Below, one piece after another: positions 1-13,699 of a stretch of DNA of 64,000 nucleotides. The translations under genes were made by a program, and so were the position numbers. The notes beneath the pieces are model-generated. The model made no database searches. It saw only the letters and a program-made list of their open reading frames with translations, and had not been told where the DNA came from. The first letter of the stretch is position 1; each line of letters opens with the position of its first letter. The stretch is taken from positions 496,001 to 560,000 of the forward strand of contig NIVC01000283.1 in NCBI GenBank assembly GCA_002269645.1, given 5' to 3'. The stretch comes from Macrostomum lignano. Lineage: Eukaryota.

Positions 1-1490
1 ATGAAAGTGCCACCATGTAAAACATTAAAGAGCCACCATGTCAAACATTAAAGAGCCACCAGGTCAAACATATACATGACTCCATGTCAAACATTAAAGA
101 GCCACCATGTCGAACATAAAAGGGCCACCATGTCAAATATTAAAGAGCCACCATGTCAAACATTAAAGAGCCACCAGGTCAAACATGAAAGTGCCACCAT
201 GTAAAACATTAAAGAGCCACCATGTCGAACATTTAAGAAGCACCATGTCAAACATAAAATAGCCACCATGTGAAACATATAGGTGACTCCATGTAAAACA
301 TTAAAGAGCTACCATACCAGACATATACATGACTCCATGTCAAACATATACGTGACTCCATGTTAGACATTTAAGAGCCACCATGTCGAACATTAAAGAG
401 CCAACGTGTTAAAAATACAAGAGCCACCAGGTCAAACATATATATGACTCCATGTCAAACATTAAAGAGCCACCATGTCGAACATAAAAGGGCCACCATG
501 TCAAATATTAAAGAGCCACCATGTCAAACATTTAAGAGCCACCATGTCAAACATATACATGACTCTATGTCAAACGTTAAAGAGACACCATGTCAAACAT
601 TACAGAGCCACCATGTCAAACATTTAAGAGCCACCAGGTCAAACATGAAAGTGCCACCATGTAAAACATTAAAGAGCCACCATGTCAAACATATACGTAA
701 CTCCATGTCAAACATTGAAGAGACCCCATGTCAAACATTAAAGAGCCACCACGTCGAACATAAAAGAGCCACCATGTAAAACATATACGTAACTCCATGT
801 CAAACATTGAAGCGACACCATGTCGAACATAAAAGAGCCACCATGTCGAACATTAAAGAGCCACCATGTCGAACATAAAAGAGCTACCATGTCAAACATT
901 AAAGAGCCACCATGTTAAACATAAAAGAGCCATCATGTCAAACATATAAGTGACTTTATGTCGAACATTAAAGAGCCACCATGTCTAACATTAAAGAGCC
1001 ACCATGTCCAACATTAAAGAGCCACCATGTCAAAAATTAAAGAGCCACCATGTCTATCATTAAAGAGCCATCATGTCAAACATTAAAGAGCTACTTTGTC
1101 TAACATTAAAGAGCCACCATGTCAAACATTAAAGAGCTACTTTGTCTAACATTAAAGAGCCACCATGTCAAACATTAAAGAGCCACCATGTCAAACATTA
1201 AAGAGCCACCATGTCAAACATAAAAGAGCCACCTTTTTGAACATTAAAAAGCCACTTTGTAAAACATAGAAGAGCCCCCATGTCAAACATAGAAGAGCCC
1301 CCATGTCAAACATAGAAGAGCCCCCATGTCAAACATAGAAGAGCCCCCATGTCAAACATAGAAGAGCCACTATGTCAGACATTGAAAAGCCACCGTATCA
1401 AACATAAAAGAGTTACCATGTACGAGCGTAGAACATAAAAGAGCCACCCTGTTAAACATAAAAAGATACACAATTTCAAACGTAAAAGTA
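1..1490. repeat. Minisatellite, ~22-23-bp unit (consensus AAACATTAAAGAGCCACCATGTC), running off the left edge
   Basis: The unit is read directly dozens of times, with variants (AAACATATACATGACTCCATGTC; AAACATAGAAGAGCCCCCATGTC clustered at ~1260-1380). The ORF at 444-779 is an artefact of the repeat. Confidence 0.95.
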
Positions 1491-1546
1491 AGCGAATTTT
1501 AAAGGAGCCGCTATAATGCTAAGGAAATTGTCGCACTAGCTACTTA

Positions 1547-1990
1547 TTGTCTGGTGGATGCTTGCTATTTGGGGATGCTATCTATCTTGGGGATGCTTGC
1601 TATCTGGGGGATGCTTGCTATCTGGGGGATGCTTGCTATCTGGGGGATGCTTGCTATCTGGGGGATGCTTGCTATCTGGGGGATGCTTGCTATCTGGGGG
1701 ATGCTTGCTATCTGGGGGATGCTTGCTATCTGGGGGATGCTTGCTATCTGGGGGATGCTTGCTTTCTGGGGGATGCTTGCTATCTGGGGGATGCTTGCTA
1801 TCTGGGGGATGCTTGCTATCTGGGGGATGCTTGCTATCTGAGGGATGCTTGCTATCTTGGGGATGCTTGCTATCTGGGGATGCTTGCAATCTGGGGGATG
1901 CTTGCTATCTGGGGGATGCTTGCCATCTTGGGGATGCTTGCTATCTAGGGGATGCTTGCTATCTGGGGGATGCTTGCAGTCTTGGGATGA
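1547..1990. repeat. Minisatellite, 18-bp unit GGGGGATGCTTGCTATCT, >20 copies
   Basis: Near-perfect tandem copies; six-frame ORFs are pure 6-aa repeats (LGDACY, PDSKHP). Confidence 0.97.
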
Positions 1991-2464
1991 TTTCTTTTTG
2001 CAATGCACTTCATTTGAGCAGTTTGTCTGTTGTCTTTTTGAAGGATTTTTGGCTGTCTTTTTGTTACTTTAGAAAACAGAGATTCTATCCAGATGTCCCC
2101 CATCGGGGGGCGAAGATTGCTAGTCTAATATACTAAAAATGAAAAAAATGCTTGCTTGCTCGTTTGCTCGCTTGGGTTGGTTTTGGAGTGGAGCGGTGAA
2201 ATGCATGCATTGGCTCGGAAGAGGGGGTGTGATGCGTGAATCCCACCAATGATCGAAGTTGATTTGTCCCATTTGGGACGAATTTGTCCCCATTGGCTCC
2301 GCATTTAAGGAGCGAAAAGCAAAACTTCTGGTTTAATATATATCCCATCTATTCTTGGACGGACCACCTCTTAGCAAAGTCACGGTCTAAATCTTAGCTT
2401 TACACTCCGCTTTCACATCTTAATCATAAGCTTTTCCAGCTGCATTATTATTTTTCACGACGAT

Positions 2465-4379
2465 ATGGAGGTTATTGAAGTGCCCTCTTCTTCTGTTTTT
2501 CTTGGAGAAGAGCAGCACTACACACGCGACGATTGGCTAAATCTTCCAAGGTATTACGAAACACCAATCGAGTGTAAAGTTTTATACAACGACGAGCTGT
2601 ACAGCGCCACAGTGCTGCAAATTATTTTGGCAAAGGTGGATATGTCTGATTGTGTTAGGCGACTGCGAGATTTGGTCTCTCTCAAGAAGAAAAAAATTCC
2701 ATATCTGCTGTCTGCTGTCATTCGGGTGAACGCTGCTACACGGAACCGCTTTCCGAACTTTAATGTAAGTTGCTGATATTTATATGCTATACATTTGCTG
2801 AATATGATTTTATGTCAGATGTAGATTTGACGGCAGATTTTGGCATATCTGCCAAAATTATACAACTGAAATACTCCCTTCAAATTACACACAGTTCTAC
2901 GCTGCTACTAATAAGTAGCAATAAGTGGACAACCAGCTTAAAATACAATATATTTGTTCCCAAACGACTTTCCAGACCATTGAGACATCAGCCTGCGAGA
3001 GTGCGGCCAGCGAAAGCGAAGCAGAGGAAGTCACAAAGCAGAAGCAGAAGCAGATGAGGCAGTGTCAGGCCAATGCTGAGGAGGAGGACGGTAACGAAGA
3101 AGCCCCATCACTCGTGCCGCCACCATCTGCATCCGGGTTATCAACGCCTATTGCAACGCTTTCTCGCTCGACAGTCTGTGATGCATCGTCAACAGTGGCA
3201 AAGCATCCGGCCTGCGAAACAGGACAGTGCACGCCTGCTAATCCACTTCCAAGAGCGGCGACAGGTAGCAGAGCGAGTGACACTGAACTCTCACTTTCCC
3301 GAAGCCTTCATGCCAGTCAGCTGGGACACTACGAGGACCTCGTCAAGTCCAAGACGGGGCACTCCTTCGAGAGCAAAGCGGGTCGTGCCTGCATGCAAAT
3401 GGCAACATTGCGACACGCATGCGCCATAGATGACCGACTTGGTCGACTCGAGAAAAATTTGCTTCCGCGACTGATGTCCATGGTCGAGCAGCTTACAACG
3501 CAAGTGGCAGCCCTGGAGATTCAGAACCACCAGCTGCTGCGCAACCGTGGTACTGCTCAGCAGGAGACCGAGGATCCGAGGAGGACCAACCTGACTCCTA
3601 TCGACTCGTGGGCCGAGTACGCCGCCTTCATAACATCTAAGGCCGTACAAGATAGACTCGTGAGTCAATTTTTAAATGAATTATGACTTTCTAATTTAAC
3701 GTAAATGTCTTTCAGTATCCTTAGGGCAGGCTCTGATATCAATATGTTTTTTATTAAATGCGAATATATTGTTACATCAGCAAAAGTAAATACCTATATA
3801 GATGTTCAAATATAAGCGACGCGGTTAAGAAGACGGGTCACTTTAACCTTTACTATTCTGATAGATGCCACATCTCCGTGGATGTCGCTCTGGAACGGTG
3901 CATGACACATTGAAGAGAATGATCGAAAAGTGTCTGTCAACGAAGATGCAGCTTTGTGTCAACTTCAGCGGGAGAGGAATGCAGCAGCGATCACAGCTGG
4001 ATTTATCAGATGTGAAACTGGGCTTTCGCAACGCACTGCCACTTTTTCAAGGTAAGTGAAATTGACATTAAATATAATCCTTTCTCCAGTCAACTCACAA
4101 TAAAGCTTAGTGCAACTGGAAAGCGTAAAACTCTAAACCTTTCTCCCCTTTGATGCTGTCGCCACGGTCTATCCAGACATCACAAAGAGGCCATCCGAGA
4201 GGGAGGTCGAGCTAGGGATCATGACAGTCCTGAAGCATGCGGCCGACCGTGAAGCGGCCAAACAAAGGCGACGGCAAACGCTTCCTGCTGCTTCAACAGC
4301 TGCCTGTGGCGAAGACCAGCCGGCGAGATGTGAGAAGAGGATACGACCTGACAGTTCTTCGGATGAGGAGAATGTGTAG
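2465..4379 (+). CDS. Multi-exon DUF4806/BEN-like accessory protein of a CACTA/EnSpm-type element
   Basis: GC-richer exons separated by GT-AG introns (e.g. TTTCAAG|GTAAGT ~4051). Includes a coiled coil (RLGRLEKNLLPRLMSMVEQL), then LTPIDSWAEY, TLKRMIEKCLSTKMQLCVNFSGRG and VELGIMTVLKHAADRE, matching the DUF4806-type C-terminus of animal EnSpm ORF2 proteins. Exon boundaries only partly resolved. Confidence 0.6.
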
Positions 4380-5959
4380 ATGGGATTTTAAAACTTTATT
4401 TTCTAAAGCCAGAAATTTTTGTATCAAAATTTGTTTGCCTTTTGCTGGTCACTTAATTATTCTAGAAGAACTTATATCATGTGTAAATAATGTTGATGGA
4501 TTGGAGAAGACTGCCATATAGTATATTTGAATAGCCTATAGCCTAGTTTATAACTATAATAGCAGAAAACATTAGATGGGGCATATACAGAAACAGACTG
4601 CTTAAATTTTGTACTTAAGGATAATTACGGAATAGAATGTTACATACACTGCTCACAATAGTTGAATGAGTCTAGCATTGATGCCGTTTGATAATTTTCT
4701 ACCAAAGAGTTCTTAAACTAATTAAACAAGTTTCGGGGTAGATATTCGTCCCGAATCGGGGAATACCCGGCTGAGTCCGGGTTCCTCTTGCTCCTTGTGC
4801 TACTCTCCAACCCCTTGGCCTGGCCCTCTATATACGACGTAGAGCTGGATAGCAAAAAAGCCTTGATTCTTGCAGCCCTATAGGTAGACGGTCTTTCTGC
4901 CTGTTAGGAGACTCGCCCATCGCATTGCAATAAGCTTCCAGCTCGCTCCAATAGATAAGCCTTTTTCGTAGACTAGGATATTTCCTCTCTCGGACCGCTT
5001 AAGCATACCAATATTGTTTAGAGCTGGGTATTGAAGAAGCCTTGAGGGGGGCTCGCAGCCCTATAGGAGGGTTTTGGTTGGGGACCTCTTGATAGGAGAC
5101 TCGCCCTTGGTGTTGGTAAAGAAGCTGCCCAGAATTGCCCCAAAATTAAGCCTTCTCTGTAGATTTCGGGTCTCCCCACTCTCGGACCACTTTAAGTAGT
5201 ATTTCAAACATTTTGCAATCTTTTTTTGCGCGCACTTCCTAAGATTTGTCTGCTGGGGGTGGCTTGGATGGACTCAGTCTTAGCACTGTCCCTGATTCCA
5301 TTGTTGGTCAGCGGTGTCTTAGTCCATAGGTTTGGGTTAGTAGCTCTAATAAGGTTATTCTCGTGGCCATGAGGCCAGGACCCAATTTGGGCCACTCTAT
5401 ATGCCCCTGGTAGATAGGCCCCCATTTTCTAGCGGCAGAGCCTTTCCCTGGGCTGATCCGCGGAAGCCCCCTAGGCTACCCACCCTCGTTTAACAACAAC
5501 AAGTAAACAAGTTTACAGTTTTATTAGTGTGTAAACACATCTATTAGGATAGCTAGCTAACGGTTTTAGCTGTAGGTTATATACAAAGGCAAATAAACAA
5601 TTTTTTTGCTCTGTGCTATTCGTCGACTCTTCAAAAACTGTGTAAACTGACAAAGTATAATTATTGCTATGCGTTTTTAAATTGCGGACATCAGCTTTAT
5701 TTATATTTGTATCGTTTGATGCATATCGCGTGTTTTATCATTCTGATAGCGTATGTGCTACGAGCTATCAGCATGCTAGCTTGTGCACTGCTACTACAAT
5801 ACTGATGCTACTACAATACTGACTATAAAAAATAAACTCCAATACGCAATATTTTTGCCATTTAAGTTGAATTTAGAATATTGTGCTACTATAAAAAATA
5901 TTAGTCGCCACTTATTCAACAGAATCATATGATATCGGACTGCGAAAAGTTGCGTCCTA

Positions 5960-6075
5960 TTCTAGTCCCATTTCCTTCGACGTCGGATCCGATCCGACGT
6001 CCTGTCGGTCATACATTCGGGTACAGTGGGGACGCCGATTTATCGCCGTCCCATTGACTGATTTTTTTTACTGGG
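5960..6075. repeat. Probable right terminus of a CACTA/EnSpm-like element (…TTTTTTACTGGG) with palindromic subterminal motifs
   Basis: Ends in CTGGG (reverse complement CCCAGTAAAAA) and is preceded by the imperfect palindrome GACGTCGGATCCGATCCGACGTC. The matching left end was not found in the window. Confidence 0.4.
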
Positions 6076-6338
6076 CTAGTGGTCCTTGTGCAAATCAAAG
6101 TTATTATAGTACTATCAGTAAGCATTTAGTACTAACTACTCAAAAGGAAATTTATTTGAAAAAACTGACCAACAAAGCAGAAGGTTTCCTATTTTGTTTA
6201 ACCAGTAGTCATTTTCTAATCCAAAAGCTTACTTTTGAACAGCCCTTTTTATATTTCTATTAAAACTAGGAGCTTGAGATTTAAAAAATAGTCTCGTTTT
6301 AAAGACATTTACTAATTGCACAACACAATGATTAGTGC

Positions 6339-7656
6339 TCAGTTGATATTTGCTTTCACACAACCCCACAAACTCAAACTTAAATTATCTGGACTTTTTT
6401 GGCCTTGGTAGACAGGTAGACAATCAATCTGATTGATGGACGATCGAACAGCTTTCCATTGGTATGTTCCGAACCAATTGCCCAGGACTTCGTGAGTTTG
6501 CTGCACATCTTCCGTGGCCATTGTCATTCGCTTGGAAACCTTGCTAGGCTCGATTATTGCGCTGTAGCAATAGTTCTCGCCGTGTTTCCGCAAGACGAAT
6601 TCCCGAGCAAAAGTCGTAGGATTGTTAGACGAAAGCTGAGAGAGTGAAAATGGAGCAGCGTCGCATCCTCTAAACGTCATATCTTCGCGGTTCTGGCTTT
6701 CACGAGGTGCCAGAATATCTCTCAATAGAGAATTTTTGCTCGTCACCCTGTTTATCAAGTTGCCTAAGCAGACTCGTTTGGATGCGCGCCTCCAATAGAA
6801 GCAAATGAGTGGACGAAACTCCAGCTGCTTTCTTAACTCCGCCACTGGGCGTTCCCTGCATGTTAAATTCCGGCCCCTGGCTTTTGTTTGTTACAGGAGT
6901 GGCACGGTTTTCTAGCGCTGCTGATGCTAAGGTTGGTGTCCGTGGAAGAGAAACATCTTCCGATTCGTTTTCAAAAGCATAAGCTCCTAAAAGATGCATC
7001 TCCTTCTGCCGTTCCAGAAGAACCCTCTTTGCCGAGGATGCATTTCGAGCAGAACAGGCGGTCGCAGCAGAGGCCACACGATATGTCGCAGCAGAGACAG
7101 AGGCCAGACCAGACGTCCCAACAGAGGCAGGCCCCGATGTCACAGGCACAGGCACAGCGGAGGCCGGACCCGATGTCGGAGCAGAGACCAGACCAAGAGT
7201 CGAAGAAGATGCCACAGCAGAAGCGGTAGAAGCCGGGACGATGGTAGTCGGAGAGGACTCGGGGGATGGCCGATAGTTGGGGTCTTCCACGCTGTCATCG
7301 TCACTGTCCAGGTCTGCGGACACGGAGTCATTTCCCAATTCGGCTAGAATAGTGTCAGTTTGCATTCCGGATTCAGCAAAGTGCTCAACACGCTTCTCGG
7401 CTTTGTTGACATCGTCGAAACTGCCGAGTTTAAGAATTAACGCCTCGTGATACCCGCCGGCGAAGCGAATACGGACACTCTGATTCTCTTGCAGTCGTGC
7501 CTTCTCACCAGGATCCAGATGCGAAAATGCCGCCGAGTGTATGTACAAGGCACCGCTATAAATATTAGTCTTACGGAACCACAGCAGAATGTGATCGAAG
7601 GGGCATTCTACAAACTTGTCGTTCACCTTTCTCTTGGTTCTTTTTGATGGCAGCAT
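6339..7656 (-). pseudogene. BEN-domain accessory gene (EnSpm ORF2-like), frameshifted
   Basis: Two overlapping ORFs (6700-7656, 6339-6845). The C-terminal TTFAREFVLRKHGENY…VSKRMTM…VLGNWFGTYQWKAVRSSINQI resembles a BEN domain. It lies immediately downstream of the EnSpm transposase on the same strand. Confidence 0.55.
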
Positions 7657-8241
7657 CGCGAAAACTCGTTGCTGTAATGAGCGGAAATTTTAGTTGTGAA
7701 AATATCTGAGTTTACGAGTAAACCTGCTTATACGAGCTATATGGCTGAAAATACCTCTGCTCCGTACTAGAAAAGAATGTATATTTGATTAGATAAGAAA
7801 CGTGAGAATTGTGCTATTTAAGTCCTGATACGGTATTTTTCTATAGTAAATTAATATTAACGAACTAATCCAGTGGATTTGAGGGTAAAAAAAGTTATTT
7901 TATTGATTGACGTTCGCTACCAGATACTAATTTGGATTAAAGAAATTAAAAAGCTTAATTCCGTACTGCTCCAGCATAAGCATTAATAAGTAAATAGAAA
8001 ACACTTATTGTTCCAGTAGTCGTCACGCCCTAAAATGCTTTATTATGTACTATCCATAACTTTTTAAAGTGACTCAGTCCTTATGGATATCTGCCCCCCC
8101 CCCTAGCAATTCTATAGGACAATTCTATGAATAAATTCGCATAACCGGATATATGATTACCACACATTTGCTATAACTGTACGAACCATGTAAGCAACGA
8201 ATAAGTTATTTCAATATGACGTGGGCTTTATTGTCCGGAAT

Positions 8242-9700
8242 TCATCCGTAATCTGGCACAATATCATCGACAGTCAGCACCAAAACATTTTCATCAGAAA
8301 GAACACCAGAGAATGCAGCACAAGCAAAATAAATCTCAGTAGCGGGAAACACACAAACACTTTCGGAAGGTACGCAAACAAGAAAAAACCGATCAATGAA
8401 ATAAGACACAGCATTTGCTAGAGCTTCATCTGCATTGCGCAAGGAAAACATCGGACCGGGCACTGGTTTGCAAAGTTGCACGCGCATCATAGCAATTCCG
8501 ACATCACTGAGAAAAAATTCTAGGATCTTACCAAACGATTGATTGCGAAAATAGTAATAACAAGACGCATTGTTACTTGAGCCAGCTGCAAAAAAATTTC
8601 GACTACCACGCGAACTGCAATGCTTTGATAAAAACTGGACATCCTGTACATCGGTTGGTAGATCATTGCACAAGAGTGACAACAGCTCAGCCTTTCCAGT
8701 GAATTGACTGATTAAAAAAGAAATGGGAAACCATTTTTAGCAGGGATTTTTCGCAAGTCTGCTTGAGATGAAAGCGCGTTCCTCGGCAGTACTTTTTAAT
8801 GCTGACAAAGTTGTTTTCAAGGGAAAACATCGATCCTCTAGCCATGGGTCCAAATTTCTGAACTTGAGATGGAAGGCGCAAAAGCAGATGAAAGTTCATA
8901 GTCATGGTATTTTGATCGAATACGCTCGTACATTAGACAGTTCAGACAGAAAGAAGTTCGTCAGAACAGTTAAAGATCCAGAGAAGCTGGCAGCATCAGC
9001 ATGGTTTGCAACACGACAGAAAATAGAAAAAATTACAATGAGATTAGCTTGCCGAAACCGTTTTCGCTGACAGAGACACAGAGCCATTACAGGGCAGAAG
9101 GCCAGAATTCCAGAATGCACGCTCACCAATGTTCTGAGGCTGCGATAGGTAACTAGGGACCCTTGCATTGCGTAGCAGCTTATTAAAATAATCCTTGCTT
9201 CTGCCTAAATAATACTCATTTTGCCAGTGTGGAGGGTCAAAAAGATACTTTAAAATCATTTTCGTACAGTTTTCATACAAAACATGAAGAGAATCAAGCA
9301 AAACATTTTTTGGAATTTCAAGATAGTCTAACAGCACAGATCGACCCATAACTCCAAACAATGAGGCAGAGCCTGACTGAGCAACAGCATTAGCTCTACG
9401 ACGAAAATCATGGGAAGAAACATCATTGAACACTAAGTTAGGAAATTTTATTGAAAGACCGTGGCCAACTTTTACGACATCACCAAGAGTGTCACAATAC
9501 AGGCAACCAAACTCTCCACTGAAACTTTTGTGATTCAAAATACTTGCCATGGCAGGCAAATCAAATACAGCAGTAAAAATCTTATACTGCACTTGTACAA
9601 TACAATTTTTTACTTTTATAGGGGTCGTGAGGGAGGTTAGTTGATCCTTATTGCTGACACCAAATTTGTTTTAGGGGTCGGGGTTACTCGGGATTTTCCA
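8242..9700 (-). pseudogene. CACTA/EnSpm (CMC) transposase, frameshifted
   Basis: Motifs VFDLPAMASILNHKSFSGEFGCLYC, LLDSLHVLYEN and TMNFHLLLRLPSQVQKFGPMARGSMFSLEN, split over ORFs 9044-9592, 8687-8905 and 8242-8682. Confidence 0.88.
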
Positions 9701-10722
9701 AGCGTTTCTCAGGATTTGGGGAGGAAAATGCAATTTATTCTACTTACAGGAGTAAGCCTTAGGTTGCTCCTGGTGGCGTGGTGTGTCCGAGCGGCAAGAC
9801 AATTTCCTACTCAGTCCGGGGAAATATAAATGGGGGAGGTAAGGGCTTCGCGATGGATTAGAGTTGCCTGGCGCGCTAATGGGGAATTCTAGTGGTTAGT
9901 AGGGAATGCTGGCATGAGGGCAGGTATAAAAAAATATATTTTTTATATTTTTATATTATTTATTTGTATTTCATTGAGAATTAAGTAGCGGGAATAGAAC
10001 GTCTAATACTAAGGGACAATTAGTCGGGGCGAGCAGTGACTTGACAGTCGATATGTCTGGGGAAGAGCGGGGAGGGGTTGGGATGCAGGGCCGATTCTTC
10101 TGGGGAAGCGCTCACGGGAGGAAAGGGAGGGAGAGTGACTGTGCGTCTCTACTGTACGCTCCTCTGAAAAAGGAAGGAAGGCTGACGAATACTAAATTCT
10201 ATTTTTAGCACAACTGTTCATCTAATGCTCGAGAACAGGATAGGAGTATTGGAGCCAAGTGGCAAACCAAGCGAACACAAGTTATCTTTTCTACCGTATA
10301 TTTTCTTGCTTGTATAGAAAACTTTATAAAAATGGCGGATACATTATAACAATAGTGTCAATTTTATAAAGATACGAACATAGTTATACAAATGATAACA
10401 TGTAATAATGAGTATTTGTATTTTAGGAAAACTCACTTCATAACTAAATATTGATAAAAAGAAAATAGCATGCGTAATTTACGGAGGCACAACTTAGGGC
10501 TACCACATTACAACAAAACTGTGCACCTGGTTGAATCCGATTGCAGACAGATATTGCTCAAGAAACTCAGTCCAGATTGGCTTCTTGTTGGAAATTGACA
10601 CACATTTGCTTATTGTTAAACGATAGTAACGTATGTATAGACTTATTGTCACTATCGTTTAGCATACTCAACTAGAAGCATTGTTTAACGCTGAAGCGTT
10701 GTTTAATGCCGATTGTTTAACG

Positions 10723-11240
10723 ATGTCTCAGCGAATCAGAAACGTCCTAGACTGCGCAGGTTTTGGCCAGAGACATCGACAACGACATCGACACTGCCAT
10801 AGGAAGCGCTATGGAGCGATTCCAACTGTACCATAGACTATCGAGTGAATATATAGTAGAGAAATGCAGGGGACTGTGGCTTGATATAAGCTTGCTTGCT
10901 TTAACATCAACCACTAAAATGCATCTAATAAATTGGAAAAATCTGCCTACTGATTCTCTTAACGGAGTAAGCGAAATGGATTTCCTTTCTCTGCTGAGTG
11001 CAACCGACCACGCTGGCGACGCTGACCTAACGGAGTTCATCCGTTTTTTTTAGAAGATCCTACGATGGATGACCATTCGGTTCTGGATACACCCCTACCG
11101 AATATATAAGATGACGCTCCTCTGACGGTTGGCGACCTGGATCGCATTGAAATCGATTCGCTTCCTAAATCTACGCGAGAACAGATGTTCCAACGTGGTA
11201 AAGCATTTGTGGATTTTTTTAAGTAGACAAACGGAACTGT
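10723..11240 (+). pseudogene. Putative 5' fragment of a Crypton-like tyrosine recombinase
   Basis: After a frameshift at the poly-T (~11045) the frame reads DLDRIEIDSLPKSTREQMFQRGKAFVDFL. This resembles the N-terminal helix of the Crypton at 27019 (RDSRIPKTTATKVRSNWNKLCAWY). No catalytic domain follows. Confidence 0.35.
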
Positions 11241-13699
11241 CTCACTACACACATTTTAAAATGCATTCTATGTTTTTTCTATGCTTGGTTTTGTTAAAAT
11301 GTGTGCTTAAATGCGTATTCTGTTTCTCTGTGCTCAATTTGGTGACATGTGTGTGTAAAGTGCATATTCTAAGTTTTTTCTATGCTCTCAAATGTTTAAA
11401 TGTATGTAAAAATGCGTATTCTGCGTTTTTCCGCGCTCAATTTGTTAACGATTGTTAACGCACAGTTTGTGTTCAAATGCGTATTAAGTTCATCTATGCT
11501 TTTTGTTTTGTTCATCCATGTATTTGTTAGCGCATGTGTTAAAATGCGTAGCTTTCCTATGATTTCTATTCCTGTTTTTCATGCATTGAACGTTTAGTAC
11601 AATACAGATAAATAAATTGTCTATGGCAAAATTTTCAATCATCGTTAAACAATCAATCTTTGACTGAAGCGTTGTTACTATGGTTTACCATACTATGGTT
11701 GACTCAGCCAAAGCCTGAAGGATTGAGTCAATTCCCGACTCAGGCAGGCCAAGACTAGCAGCAAAAAAATATTGCCATAGACATTATTGTAATTGTGCCA
11801 TGTTCACTAAAGAAACTACTTGGCAATGCTGCTGGCAATTTAGAAAGACTCAATGAAATTGAGTCCTCGATGGGGATGAGTTTTTTCAGATGCTCAATCT
11901 CAACAATTTCAATGCTGGCGGGCAACTGGTGGGTTGTAATGTCATCTTTTTGGTCTTCAAGACCCTCATCAATTGTCCCTAGGGACAAAAGAGCTTGGAG
12001 GAACTCCATTAGTTTTGTTGACATACTGGAAAGGGTATGATTTGACTAAATATAACTTCTGTTAAATTTTTGCAAATTGCAAAAACCAGAAATTATTCTG
12101 AGTAGTTATATAATTTTTCATCCAAAGAGCCAAAGCAGACCATATCAAGGATATACATACATATAAGATTTTGCTTGCCCCAATTACAATTTTATTGTAT
12201 ATCATTCCAAACATTAAAGGCATTGTTGTGCATCCCAAGGTCATACAAACTTAGCATAGGGCCACAACAAGGAAGTATCTATGGTATGTTTGATTGGTAA
12301 TTGTCAAAAGCAAATAGAATAGAGATTTATTTAACTTTGTATTCCTATTGCCTACGGCAACCAATATGAGCTAAAGCCAGCCTATATACTTGTATATTGA
12401 AAAAAACCAATTGTCATTTTTAGCAATTAAAAAATATAAATTTTAAATTCTAAACACCAAATAATTGATACAATTTAAATGCTATTAGATCATATAAAAC
12501 ATTCGAGTAGAAACCTAGGCTGATATAAAAACTAAGTTTTTCTACATCAATAAATAGAAATGAAATTAATTAGGGCATAATTATTATTACCCAGGTTTAT
12601 ATTCCATCTGAAAGTAAAACATACCATAATTCAACATTACATTAGGGGTATGCCTAGAAAGTTAAAAGTAAACATTAATGCTAAAAAATATATTTGCATG
12701 TCAAGTCAATTCAGTTGCTATAAAAATACTTTAGGACTTGTACTATCAAGTCTCAGGTAAAAGAGTTAACATTACTAGGCAGCAGCTAGGCCTAGAACAA
12801 AAACAAAGAACTAAAATAAAGAAGTTAGCTAGACAATGCAACTAGACAATGCAATATTGCCAAAAAAGCTATTCTAAATTGTAGGCCTAATTAAAAGAAA
12901 AGTATAATTGCATTGGTCAAGAAATAGTATAATGTATGCTTAGCAATTGACCTAGGCCTAATAATTAGTAGCTGGCCAAAAGCCGGCCATTTTGAAATAA
13001 AAAAGCAACAAAAGAATTTAAAAATATTTGAGCATTCATTCAGTTAACTACAAAATTATTTGTAATATAATTTAGTATAAGATATGCCTATGCCTATTGA
13101 TTAATACATTAGTAATGGAATGGAACATGGATAAATAAAATCGTATAAAAATGGAAATGCAATAAATATTTTCCTTTTTTATCAAACTATTTGGCCTATG
13201 GCCCCTTTGCATATTTAAAACTGTTAAGCAGATCACATGTTATATTAAGTAGCTAACACAGGTTTGAAACTACATACATAGTACAAAAACGATTGGCATA
13301 TCCTTGATCATAATCATTCCCCTTGTTAAGTTACTTAATGTGTTATTGGTGTCAATGTAACATTGTTGGCCTAACAATCTTAATACTTATTGCTCTGGTT
13401 AAATTGGGCCAATAAACTGAAATCATTTCTTTTTCTTCCCTTCTTTGCCCCTTTCCAAATACTTAGTCTAAGTTAAAGTGAAACCCCAGTAATATTTGAA
13501 TAATTGTTAATTATTAAGAGTGATTATTTATAATGACACATAAAATGTCACAAAAGTTAATGTAGATCAGTTACTAGGCCTGTTTCCCTGTTATAGCCAC
13601 CACCACACAGCAGACACAACACAACACCATGGATTATTGCTTCCATTCTAAATTAGCTAATGCAGGACGGAGCCAATAATGAATAATTAAAAGGCAAAA

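Noticed and set aside
444-2136. ORFs with C/H-rich or LGDACY repeats
   Set aside because: These are translations of minisatellites open in several frames, not genes.
5204-5460. YLPGAYRVAQIG…HENNL resembling a Gypsy integrase GPY/F tail
   Set aside because: Too degenerate to support, and no integrase core is adjacent.
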